Origin: Chromera velia
Taxonomy: Eukaryota
NCBI GenBank assembly: GCA_018398765.1
Contig: JAHBMJ010000132.1
Span: 1 to 55,612 of the forward strand
DNA: 55,612 nt
Direction of reading: 5' to 3'
Every line of letters begins with the position of its first letter. The first letter of the stretch is position 1. Positions 24,301 to 35,559 of the stretch are shown piece after piece. The notes below the pieces were generated by a model. It was not told where the DNA came from, ran no database searches, and saw nothing but the letters and a program-made list of their open reading frames with translations. A program made the position numbers and the translations under genes.

Positions 24301-25922
24301 TACTGTTTCCACAGACAGACAGACAGACAGGCAGGCAGGCAGACAGACAGACAGGCAGGCAGGCAGACAGACAGACAGACAGGCAGGCAGGCAGGCAGGC
24401 AAGCAGACAGACAGACAGACAGACAGACAGGCAGGCAGGCAGGCAGGTAGACAGACAGACAGACAGGCAGACAGACAGACAGACAGACAGGCAGGCAGGC
24501 AGACAGACAGACAGACAGACAGGCAGACTGACTGACTGACTGACTGACTGACTGACTGAGTGACTGACTGACTGACTGGCTAACTGACTGACTGACTGAC
24601 TGACTGACTGACTGACTGACTGACTAACTGACTGACTGACTGACTGACTGAATGTCATGAGAAGAGCCGCACTGGCCCCATAGTGTACGTGTCTGAGGGA
24701 CATCCAGGTGATGTTCCTCTCCATGTACTCGTCGTCGCTTGCAAAGGCTGTAGGCAGGCAAGCAAGCAGCCGCCCAAGCAAACAAACACACACGCAGGGG
24801 GGGAGCAACGAGGAAGTCAGCATACATCACGAAGAGATCCCGTACGAGAACACAAAGAAGGAAGAAGGAAGGGCGCGGTGACCTTTTGTCCATTCAGCCT
24901 GAGCGTTGATACTAAGACGGAAGGCAAACAAGAGAAGAGTGGATCGATTCATCTGGAATAAAACTGGAAGCGAAATTTGAAACCAAATTGTGCTGTGCGC
25001 CCCGAAACGACAGCTCTGTGCGTAGATGTGCGTGAATACATGAGTCAAAAAATAAGACACACTAATCATTGACACAGGGGTGGTTTTCTTCCCTCCAAAC
25101 ATGAGAGACTAGGCCCCTCACAACACTTCAAAAAAAACAGATATGCATATGCATGCACGCGAACGTACCAACTAGGAATGCCAAAAGTTGCGTGAAGGCA
25201 GCTGTCATAACGACCTTTCCCTGCAAACAAATTATGAATACAGAAATCAGACAGCACTGAAACATCGAGAATGACATGCAAAACTTGTGATGGATTCCTG
25301 CTGAGGGTGAACTTAAATGAGAGGCAGACAGAGACCCAGTCGAGAAGGGAAAATAAACTCTCAGTGCTTTCTGTCCGTCTGTGCGTGTATCAAGGCAGAA
25401 AGGAAAAACGATCTCGTCAAGATGAAGGAGAGAGAAACCAAACTGAGAGAAAGAGAAGGAGAGAGCGGCAAAGAGAGAGACAAGGAAACAGACAGAGAAA
25501 CAGAGAAACGTCGAGACGAACCTTTGAGACGAGGAATTCGGGGTTTGACATCAACCGCACGGCGTTCTCGTACTGCACGCATTTACGCACACGCAGAGTC
25601 GCTCATGCATTCATACATGCATGCATTGAATCGGTCATGTCTCCATTCCAACATACACAAAGACTGACAATGTGGAACAGGAGCGAGAGAGAGCACATGC
25701 AGAGAACGACAGATGCATGACAGGAAGGCAACACGAAACACGCCGCAGGAAGACAACGAAGCAATTCGAAGGACAGAGGGCGAATAGACAGACAAGAAGT
25801 GAGACAAACTGACCGACTGGCTGACTGACTGACTGACTGACTGACTGACCATCTGGGACCCTACACTCTCTTGGCCCTTTGTTGTTCTCAGAACTCGCGC
25901 AAGCGATTTCTGCACATACACA

Positions 25923-25955
<33 letters not shown>

Positions 25956-26656
25956 CCGGAGAGAGAGAGAGAGAGCGAGAGAGAGAGAGCGAGAGAGAGA
26001 GAAGACATGGAGAAAAACATGCATCCACACATGGGAACCCAAATACACACACACACACACACGTACTTGAATGCCCTTTCCTGCACACACCTTGCAACCT
26101 CACTCTCACATCCTCTTCAGTTCCGCTTGTGCAAGCAATTACGTTCTGCATTTCTCTTTCTCCTCCCCTTCTATCCTCTGTTAAAAAACAGCCGCTCTTC
26201 TTAATTCATGCATGTCTCTTCCATTCCATATGTACCTACCTGCCTACCCGGTGGAGTGCATGCAAGACGAGACCATTAACTGAGCTCAACAAAGAGGCCG
26301 GCTAAATTGAGGAAGTACTCGTCTGAATAAGCGCAACATCCCTCAGACCCACACAGCACATGCAGCTGCAGGTAGTCTTCTGTAGCTCACTGCTGACGCG
26401 GTGGGTCTTTTTTCCACTCCTTGCCTTTCCTTTCCCCGGTTGTTTTCTCCCTTCCTTGCCTCCTTCCTTCCTTCCAGTGTGTGTGTTGACTCAGCCGCTC
26501 GATAAATTTACCTACCGAGAGCAGCTCGACTCTTTTCTGTATCTCCTCTGGGTCTAGCACTCCGTCCTCTCCAGATTCTGCCTGGTCCCCTAACGCAGCT
26601 TTCTGCATTTTGGTCATCGAGGTCAGGGTCCTGTCCTCCGAGTGCTGGCTCGGCAT
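14325..26656 (-). CDS. Multi-globin-domain / ankyrin-like / TRP-like 6-TM cation channel fusion protein; 25 exons, ~1182 aa
   Basis: All exons are GT-AG bounded and phase-consistent: 26656-26516, 25909-25850, 25572-25522, 24952-24883 (least certain), 24747-24649, 24104-23755, 23503-22824, 22451-22362, 21797-21757, 21348-21260, 20814-20639, 20469-20430, 20187-20026, 19695-19519, 19093-19028, 18657-18460, 18196-18077, 17806-17633, 17320-17221, 16937-16810, 16421-16317, 15967-15650, 15138-15075, 14571-14533, 14335-14325 (TGA); total 3549 nt. Globin F-G-H signatures: MSLRHVHYG..VLDSLESVLGEQW..ETAWAWAY and DLAVEHVNFGVTPADLPVYG. Ankyrin-like SPILWMVDSGYADIARVLI. Pre-S1 HPVCKFITDTKWSLF, six hydrophobic helices, and S6 FLLTNALVATF. 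Confidence 0.8.
19719..19801. repeat. Intronic 21-bp tandem repeat, about 4 copies
   Basis: Unit atgaacgaagaacagtcacgc, just upstream (minus strand) of the acceptor at 19696. Confidence 0.85.
24312..24650. repeat. Compound intronic microsatellite (CAGA/CAGG)n-(CTGA)n
   Basis: Read directly; begins at the donor of exon 24747-24649. Confidence 0.95.
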
Positions 26657-26774
26657 CTTGCTTGCTTTCCTTCTTGCTTGGGTCTACTTTCTTCCGACTT
26701 CTTCTTTTTCTTCGCCTTTCTCAGCTTCTTGTACTCCTCAGCCGACAACCTCTTGAGGCGGCCTCGCTGCAAGT

Positions 26775-26810
<36 letters not shown>

Positions 26811-27319
26811 GGGGAGAGAGAGAGAGAGAGGGAGAGGGAGAGAGAGAGAGAGAAATACGCAAAGATAGTCACACATACTATTACGTAAACCTCTACATGC
26901 ACCCAAGCACACTTCGACAGACACATGGCGTCTTCAGGAGGCAGACTAAGAGCTTAACCCCTCTTCTGCGCATGCATGGGTCAGCACTCCTTCTTTCTTC
27001 ACTGCCTCGCAGAACTACTACACCCAAAAGGAGCTGGTAGGATTCTCGAAATTGAGAGAAGCAAAAGCTCATTTCCTTGTCCTGGACACCTGAGGAAGCC
27101 ATGCAGCCGGTCGAGGTGAATAAAGCTCTAGACGGGATAATGAGCCTCATGTATGCCCACTTCTTCTTGCACCTGATCTCGCTCCTCTCCATGTAGACTG
27201 ACCCCGGCAGACCGCCGTCAGAGATCCGCACTCCTCTGCTTCTGTGTCAGCCAGTCAGAGCAGTAACCCCCCCTCTCCTTTGCCTTCGATTGACTGATCC
27301 ACGGAGGAAACCAAATGCG

Positions 27320-27720
27320 CATGCATGCTGTCAGCGCATGCATCTCGTCTTGCGTGTTTGTTTCATGCTTCTCTTCTTCGCTGTGCGACTCCGATAGTTC
27401 TGCTTATGTGTTGGTTCGAACAACGAGGTGGAATGCTTAGGCAAGGGAAAGGAGAATGAAGCACACTCGATCTTCTCTTTGAACCTGGACCGCATTTGCA
27501 TGCATGCATGCATGGTATCATTTTGCGTATCGCCTCTGATGGCAGCTCAGCATTGCAGAGGCCCAAGGAAAGGATTCGGCTTTTTTGCATAACGAAGCCA
27601 AGGCGACCAACCTCGCGCGATCGCGATCGACGATCCCGCGATCGATCGATCGAGAATTCAAACTTTTTATTGGTTCACCTGAAGCGGCCTAGCTAGCTGT
27701 TGAGGCTCTCACCGAACAAC
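27320..27720. promoter_or_regulatory. Candidate bidirectional promoter between the globin-channel gene and the F-box gene
   Basis: Lies between divergent starts (26656 minus, 28045 plus). Contains TGCATGCATGCATGCA (~27497-27512), a CGATCG-rich self-complementary core (27613-27658) and ctagctag. Confidence 0.4.
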
Positions 27721-28044
27721 GCGCGGAGTGTATCAAGCCTGCACGAGGCTCAAAGCGCTCGGTTGGCGCGTGAAAAAAGTTGTTGCCGGCACAAAATTAA
27801 ATTACGTTTTTGGCGCGATTGACAGGCCGACACTGCAAAGAAGGAGGCAGCAAGAACAGAAAACTCAGTGGCTGAATCACACACACAATTCAGTGGCTGA
27901 ATCCCAACCACAGTCATATTGCATTCACGCAGTATTTTGTGAGTAGGTGAGCTCTGTGAACCTCGATCTTCAAGGTCGACTTTGTATTTACTGTTGCCTG
28001 TCTGTTTGGAAAAAGAGAAGTGCACGGGTAAACAGTTAGAGGGG

Positions 28045-31000
28045 ATGGATGCCGATGAAAAGGCCGCCCTGTCCCGAACCATTTTCGGGCCCCTCTCATC
28101 GTCTTCTTCTTCCTCTTCTTCTTCGTCGTCCTGTTTTGCTGGCGACAGGGGGGGGAAGGACGGGGGTCTGAGAGAAAGGAGCAAACAGGAGACGGTGGGA
28201 GAAAGGGAGGAGACGCTAGGAGGGCTGTGGGCGTCCTCCGTCCCTCCATGCTCTTCCTCCTCTACTTCCGGTGGCTTGTCGATTTCCTTTTTGCCGTCTC
28301 TCTTCTCCTCGTCTTCCTCTGCCGCTCCTCTCCATGACTCATCCGCCTTTCATGACGCGCCCCCCGATTCCAGTGCCGCCAGTCTGAGCCCCTCCAGGCA
28401 AAAGAAGGGAAAGAGCCTGTTGCAGGATCTGTTGGACGATTTCAAAGAAGATGACCCCGAGATCCTGCCGTCTCTCGAGGCTGCAGTCTCCAAGGTCAAC
28501 TCATTCCCCCTCCTTGTGGACGAAATGCTGGTGCACATAGCCAGTCTCCTCGATACCCGTTCTACCGTCTCCTTGCTGAAGACCTCAAAATTTCTCTGCA
28601 AAACCCTCACGTCCCCCCTGGCAGACTCACTATGGACAGCTCACCTATGGCGTGCCCACGCCTACCTGTTCAATCCCGCCTTGGTTGCCCTGGCCAATGT
28701 GGAGGACCGGGTGATGTTGCAGAGAGACCAGGAGACAGAGAAGAAGAGAGTGGAGCAAGAGAGGGCAGAGAGGGTGGCCCGTCTCTGTGAATACTCTCTG
28801 AGGGCCCTCCAGCATTCTGCTGTTGAAGGCGAAGATGCGCCGATGCAAGAGGGCACTCCAGACAGAGAGGAGCGGGGGGAGGGGGGAGAGACGCAGCCTG
28901 TGGACGGACAGAATGAGGAACGGGTGGCCCAACCGGACCCGCTGGTTGCCCCCCCCTGGGCTGCTGCTTCGGTCAACCCGCGTGTGCAATCCCGCACGGA
29001 AAACGAAGAAGGAGGGGGGGGGACAGCAGAAGCGGGTGGAGAGGGAGGAGATGTTGCCGATGAGACTGCCGCTCCGCCGCTTCGGCGTCTTGACATTCTC
29101 CTCCCGCCAGAAGAGCGATCAGAAAGACGAGAAGAAGTCAGGGAAAGGGAAGAGGGGGGAGGGTTCGATCAAATAGCAGATGCAGGAAGTGGGGTCCCAG
29201 GAACGCAAACACAGACACGGGGGGGGTCTGGAGAGGGGGGAAGGGCGGGAGACTCAGTCTCAGACTCAGCAGCACGTGAGGTCTTGAGCCCAGACCCCAA
29301 CACAGAGATCATCAGCCAAACACCAGAAATGCAACAAAGTTCTTCTTCCTCTTCTTCAAGCAGTCATGAGCTAGAAACCACCCTCCTCCTCGGAAGACAT
29401 GAAGACCACCCACATCGCACCACCCCCTCCTCCTCTTCTCTAGAGGACTCTACAGAGAATTTGTATGGTTGGAGAGTTCTGCACTATAGAGGTGCATCAG
29501 GAGTGCGTAGAGCGCCTGGGGGGGAGATGGTGACCGAGCTAGATCCATTGATGCTCTGCGCCTCTGCTCGTCTCTCCTGTGCGCTCCTCTCTGCGGGGAC
29601 CCGTGCTTCATCTAAGTGGTCTCACACGTGCCTGTCGCCTGGGTGGCGTTGGTTCCAGTCCAAGTTGATGAGGCGCATGACGAGCGCCCAGTTCCGGAGG
29701 TGGAGACGGACGTGTGGGGGGTCCGTTCAACAAGGGAGGGACGAGAGGGGTCTTCCCGTTTTGCCCTTCAGAGCAGACTTGATGGAAAATACAGTGGCAG
29801 AGTCGATCCATATCCCTCAGAGTCTCCGTCGGTCTGCAGACACTGTCGTTCGACGGATGGTGCAGGCGGACTGGTCCCTCTTGTATGAGTGCGTGAGGAA
29901 GGAGATCGAACTCAGGTGCAGACTCATAGCAGAGAGGTCAGACAGCGGGGGTAATCGTGTATGCTGGGGAGGAAAGACTATTCAGTTGGCAGCTCATGGA
30001 ACCATTTTTGTCCCTCTGTATTGCCCTGTTTCCCGCTCTCTCTCCCTCTCCCCCATTCCCCCTTCTCTCTCTGTGCGTGTATGGGGAGATAGAACGAGTG
30101 CTTGTGGTGTCTGCAGCTCTCGGCCGCTCTTTCCTTCGACCCTTTTGGGCGTCGTGGCCAGGGAATTTATTTTTCTGAGTATCTTCTTCTCCTGTCTGTG
30201 TACGTGTGGGTCGGGTCGTCTATCCGTGCGGTCTGTCGACGTCCATCCTTTTCTGTTTTCTCTTTTGTTCTTCCTTCCATTCGTGCATGCAGACTTGTGG
30301 ACGTGCACTCTGATTTCAACGAGATGGTCAGGGGAACGGGTGCACGTTCTCTGAGAGTGAGGTCGCGGTTCGACCTAGAGGAGAGGCTGCTCAGTCTCCC
30401 GCTGTTCATGGCCGGACAGCGTGCGAGCGAAAAGAAAAGAAAAAGAAAGGACGACTTGGCAGCTGCATCCTCCTCCAGCTCTCTGTATGCCGAGTTCGAG
30501 GAAGAGAAAGAACAGAAAGAAAAAGAAAAGGACGAGGAAATGGAAGGAGAGGGGGAGGGGGGGGAATTGAAAGTCCCATGGCGTGTGTGGAAGGGAGGCG
30601 CTTCTTCGCCTTCTTCGTCTTCTCATCCTGCTCATTCGCCGTCTGCTGCGGCTGTTGGTGAGAAAGATCGAGGGTCTCTGACAGAGAGCCCCCACGCAAG
30701 TGAGAGAGAGAAGAGGAGAAAGAACGAGAAGGAAAAGGACCATTTGAAAAGCAGAGAAAGAGAAAGAAGGGACTCGGCAGGATCAGCAGGTCTCCTCCTC
30801 AGCAGTCTGCAGAGGAAATGTGAGGATCCCCTCGTTCTTGCCTCAGGTCTTGCGGTGGGGTCCTCGTCTCTTCACGGCTCCTCTCCGCTGCACCTCTCGA
30901 TGAGTGCCGCAGAGAGTGAAGCCGTCGCGGCGTGGGCACTTGCAGAGACACAAGCGAGTGCCAAAGCGCAGGCCTCACAAGAGGGTGTGGGGTTTGCGTC

Positions 31001-33733
31001 AGGGGATCCGTTTGGGCTTCAGCAACGGCAGTCTGATGAGGATATGGGGGGCGAGGGGGAAGACGGTAGTTTGGGGACTGAAGTTGATCAGGGCCGTGTA
31101 GGTCTCTCTTCCGTCTCTCAGCAACAGGTCCTGCATAGGTCTCCCTCCCTGGACTCATGTGTCTCTCTGGGTCGGCCTCGCTCCACCGGAACTGGGGCCT
31201 TGCTACAGAGACAGGGGGTGTGTGTGAGTGGAGATGAGAGGGAAAGAGGAGACCAAACTTATCAATCAGCCTCTCCATCAGGTTTGTCTTTCTGTGCGTT
31301 TGCGTTTTACATCCCGTGTGTGAAGACAGTGAGACTGGTTTGTTTCGCACACGTAGTGGTGTTAAGTGCTTGTTGTTGTCTGTGGGACGGTCGGCTCTTC
31401 TTCATGCATGCATGGGGTGCTGTTGCTCATGTGGGCGAGGGAGGGAGGGTTGACGCTGGATGAAAAAAAAGAACGACTAGAAAAGCGTACATGCTCAAAT
31501 ACTGCCGTCTCTCTTAGAGATGCCCATTTCGCCTGTGGTCTGTGCTCATTGGCCGCTGGCGTCTTTGACTGCATGCAGCTGCGCACGGGGGAGTCCCGCG
31601 TTCCCCGCATGGCTCTTTGTCTGTGTCCCTTTGCGGGTCTCTCTCTCTTTCTGCTGCTGGAGGGGGAGGGGGAGGGGGAGGGGGGCGCCTGAAGAAGTCT
31701 TTGGGTTCTTTGTCTGAATTGGGCGAGGAGGAGGTGGCGGAAGAGGAGTGGAGCTGGGAAGAGTTGAGAGGTCCTGCGTGTTCGGTCAGTTTCCTTTTGG
31801 GGGGGGGAAGGGAAACGTATACAACGCCAGAAACTGGTCAAGAGTGCATTTGTAATGCGTCCTTTCTTCTTGCTTTTAAGTTGTGTGGGTCTCCTTGAGT
31901 GCGGGAGGTGGGTGGCTGGCGGCATCCGAATAGGTGTGTGTGTCATCCGTGTTTCCGGTTCCTTTCTTCTTTACTCTTCACGTTTTTGTCTTGCCTGGTT
32001 TTCTCTCTCAATTCTCTGGTGAGGTGATTTAGCTTGCGTCCTCTTCTGCCCAAACGCTTCGGAGGTGATGATTGATTTTTTTTTTCTTTTCTTGCGTGCA
32101 GTTGTTGTCTGACCTCAGCGGTGCGTTCAGTGAGTTTGAGAGCTTTGTGTTGTTCCTCGAGAAGTGGCTAGAACCTCTCGACAGCAGGGCGGCCCTCGAC
32201 AGAGAACAGGCAGAGGGGCTCTCAGCACCCACACCTTCAGTCTCGGGTAGGGGGGGGGGGTGGATGATGGGAATACTGCTCTGTGTGTGTGTGTGTGTGT
32301 GTGTAGACTCGTCTGTTGTTTTTTTTCTTTCTCCTTCGAATGGAGAAAAGCAGCGAGGCGGGATTGCATTTTGTTTCTGGTCGTACATCGGTCTTCCATC
32401 TGATCGTTTTGTCAGTCTCATTGTGCGTCTCTCTCTGATTCTCTCCCGCATTCCTTTGGCTGTCTGTCTGTCTCTTTGTCCCTCTGTCCCGCCCCCTCTT
32501 TCTACGAGCGCGCGCGCTACGAGCGCGCGCGCGTGTGTGTATGTGTGTGTGAGAGAGAGTCTATGTGTGCGTGTGCAAGGACAAGTGTGCTTACGTCTTT
32601 CTTTATGTATACGTGTGTTTGAGCTTTGCAGAGCTGTGCAGAGTTCAATTTCGGAACTTCTGTCTGCTGGACTCTTCTTTGTCCGAGCTGGTCATCTCGG
32701 CCCTCTATACGTTCGTGCACGTGTGTGAGGTCTGTTTCTGGCACCCTTCTCTCTCTTGCTCTTCTAGCTTCTCCTTCTCTCCTCTTTTATATATGCCGAG
32801 GCGATTTGATCGTTTTTTGTCTGCATGTCTATCTCCTGATGCCGAATCAGTCTCTTCGGTTTTTGGAATCCTTCCGGAATAAAGGGGCACGTCCATACTG
32901 AATCAATCCACTGTGATCCCTTTGAGAATTCACTTTCTCTTTGTTCGTGCATGTGTTTTCGCCCGTGTGTGTGCACGCATGCTTCCCTCCCTCCCTGCAG
33001 GAGGTCTTCTTACCGACCTCGTCTCTCTCTGTCTCCCACATCGTCGACCGTCAGTTGAACCCGGATGCTGTTGAAGGGGGCAGCTGTTCACTTCGGAGGT
33101 TTGCCAAGAGGAGAGGGGGACGTGGAAGGAGCGGCAAGGGAGGGGGTGGGACGGGAGGAGGAGCGTCTGCTTCGGATCGTCGCGAAGGGAGGAGGGGGAG
33201 CGGTCGTCTCTCTCTCCGTCCCTCCTCCTTGGATCTGAATCTTGTTGCCATTGCGTCTGCCAGTGAGGCAGCGTGTGATCGAGCTTTAGCGTTGGCTGAG
33301 GCTCACGCAGAGGCAGAGGACGTTGAAGATGGCGTAGACTACAGACCGTTTGTTGAAGTGGAGGAGAAAGAAAAGAAGGGAGAAGAGGAAAAGGGAGAGG
33401 GAAACAGAAGGAGGAGCAGTAAGGGGGGGACTGAAAAGAAAGGAGAGGCAGAGGACGCGAGCAGACAGACGGGTGGATTGAGGAAGACAACAGGAGAGAG
33501 TGAGGGATTAGTGGCAGGAGATCAGAGTGGGGAAGGGGGAGGAGAGATACGCAGTGGGGCTGAAGAGAGAGAGGAGAAGGAGAAGGAGACGGGCGTGGAC
33601 ACGAACGCGAAGGACGGAGGGGAAGAGCAGTCCGTTTACTTTTTTTTTTGTTGTCTTTTAATTCCTTGTTGTCGTCTCTTGCTCTCACGCTCGCTCTCGC
33701 TCCGGAATCTTTTTTTTTTTTTGGTTCCTCGTT

Positions 33734-33777
<44 letters not shown>

Positions 33778-34252
33778 TGTGTGTGTCTTTGTACTTGTTG
33801 CGCTTGCCTTCTTGTTTGCTTGAATGGAATATATGATTGTCCCCGCAGCTCGCTGGCCCGCTGGTCGGCTTGCTTGCGTTTGGGACGCCCCCCTCTCCCT
33901 CGTTCGCCTTCGTCTATCGTTCCCTCTTGTCTCCTTGTAAATGCCACACACGTCTCCTGCCCTCTCATGGCATACAGACAGCTGTAAGCGGGCCAAGGAA
34001 CAAAAGGGACGAAAAGAGAGGTGACGAAGGAGGGGGGGGGAAAGGTGTGCGCGGTGCAACCCTTCTTTCCATGCATGCGGGGGGGGAATGTGGGTTTGCG
34101 TGGGTGGGTGGGCGGTCCGTGTGTTTGTTCTGCTTTGTTTGTGCAGGTTGGCAGGTCTCCTCGAGTCAGTCCATAGAGTTCTCACAGAAGTTGCGCTTCC
34201 TGATGACGCACTCTCGGGAAATCGGTCAGTGAGGACACGAAGCAGGGCGTGA
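28045..34252 (+). CDS. F-box protein with a split cullin N-terminal-repeat-like helical domain and long low-complexity inserts; ~7 exons, ~1320 aa
   Basis: Exons 28045-29936, 30293-31281, 31663-31784, 32102-32246, 32632-32720, 33001-33629, 34147-34252 are phase-consistent. An alternative 3' end via the donor near 34225 is possible. F-box: VNSFPLLVDEMLVHIASLLDTRSTVSLLKTSKFL..LW (~28495-28640). Cullin-like helices: LLYECVRKEIELRCRLIAERL, LLSDLSGAFSEFESFVLFLEKWLEPLD, PSVSELCRVQFRNFCLLDSSLSELVISALYTFV. Confidence 0.72.
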
Positions 34253-35319
34253 GTGAAGGACAAGCAAATCAAGCGATTGCTTGACTGCTGGAACATTTCC
34301 CCTTCACCTGCTTGCGTGGATTTAGCCGTAACCTCGTACTTATAAGTGCTGTGTGGCTGTCAAGACATCACGTCCGAATCAATCTCAGTGACCCTTTGTG
34401 TTCCCCTCGCAAAGGGGTTCCCTTTGCAATTTGTCGACTGTACTTGTTCTTCATGCAGAAGTGAGAGGCGTCTCTGATCAAGATTGTGACAAATACACAA
34501 ACCGCTGATCATTTTTTGTTTTTGCAGGGCGACGTTTGAGGAGTTTGAAAAATTCTTTCTGGCGCCTATCCAACTTCTACACCAACGTTGTGCAGTCTTT
34601 TGATCACAGTTCTACCTGCAGTTTCAAAAAGAATTATTTCGAAACTTGAGCAAAAAAAAAATCAAATTGTAAACAAAACGTACATATAGATAATTAAACA
34701 ACACCGTAAAAAACAGTTGTTCGGTACGCCAGTTCTGCACTTGCATATTGTTTAACAACGTTAAACCACGTATCATCCCAATAACCGTCTTGATTTCAAT
34801 AGAGTTAAAACAAAATTTGTTGTACTAATGCTATTTAGAAAGTGTTAAATTATAATATGTGTTATAATATTAATTAGGATTATTTTTATCTAAGCACAGA
34901 GTTATGAATACATGTACATATAAAGTTAGCAGCTACATTCTGACTGTCTGACATTCTCTGACTAGGATCCCGATATGCAACTGCTAGTAAAAACTACCTT
35001 CGTGTTCCCCGTTCATTTCTTATAGGGGGGTAATATCTTTATATTTCGGGGGGNNNNNNNNNNNNNNNNNNNNNGGGGGGGGGGGGGGGGGGGGGGGGTA
35101 TGTTCTAAGCCATGCATGTCGGCTTTTTATGTAGACGGCCCTTGATTTGACGGCCAGTAACAGGTATAGAAAGGTTTCACAGGATTTTAGAGTATTTAAT
35201 ATCCCTTGATGCAACTTAAGCTGCTTAACCTAACTGTTAAAGCCTTTAAACTACTACTTAAAACACTTTTTAATTTATTAGAATATGGTTAAACAGACAA
35301 AACTACTGAAAGTTTCTAG

Positions 35320-35559
35320 CTCCCTGAACCTAACTACCACTTGAAAGTTTAAGCCGCATTTTAGGATAAGCTTGAAAGTCCGTGCCGCAGGTGCGGATCA
35401 TTTGTGTGGACATTTATGGTATTTTGAAAGCCAAAGCCGCATATCTGGACGGTGTCTTGACCAGCTACGCCACAGGCGTCAACGGTCTCTTGAAAGACGA
35501 TGCCACAGATAGAAATCATCTTGATTATATTTTTTCAAGTGGCACTTAGGTTCAGGGAG
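35320..35559. mobile_element. Small MITE-like inverted-repeat element, 240 bp
   Basis: 27-bp TIR ctccctgaacctaactaccacttgaaa versus tttcaagtggcacttaggttcagggag (2 mismatches). No clean TSD. Confidence 0.55.
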
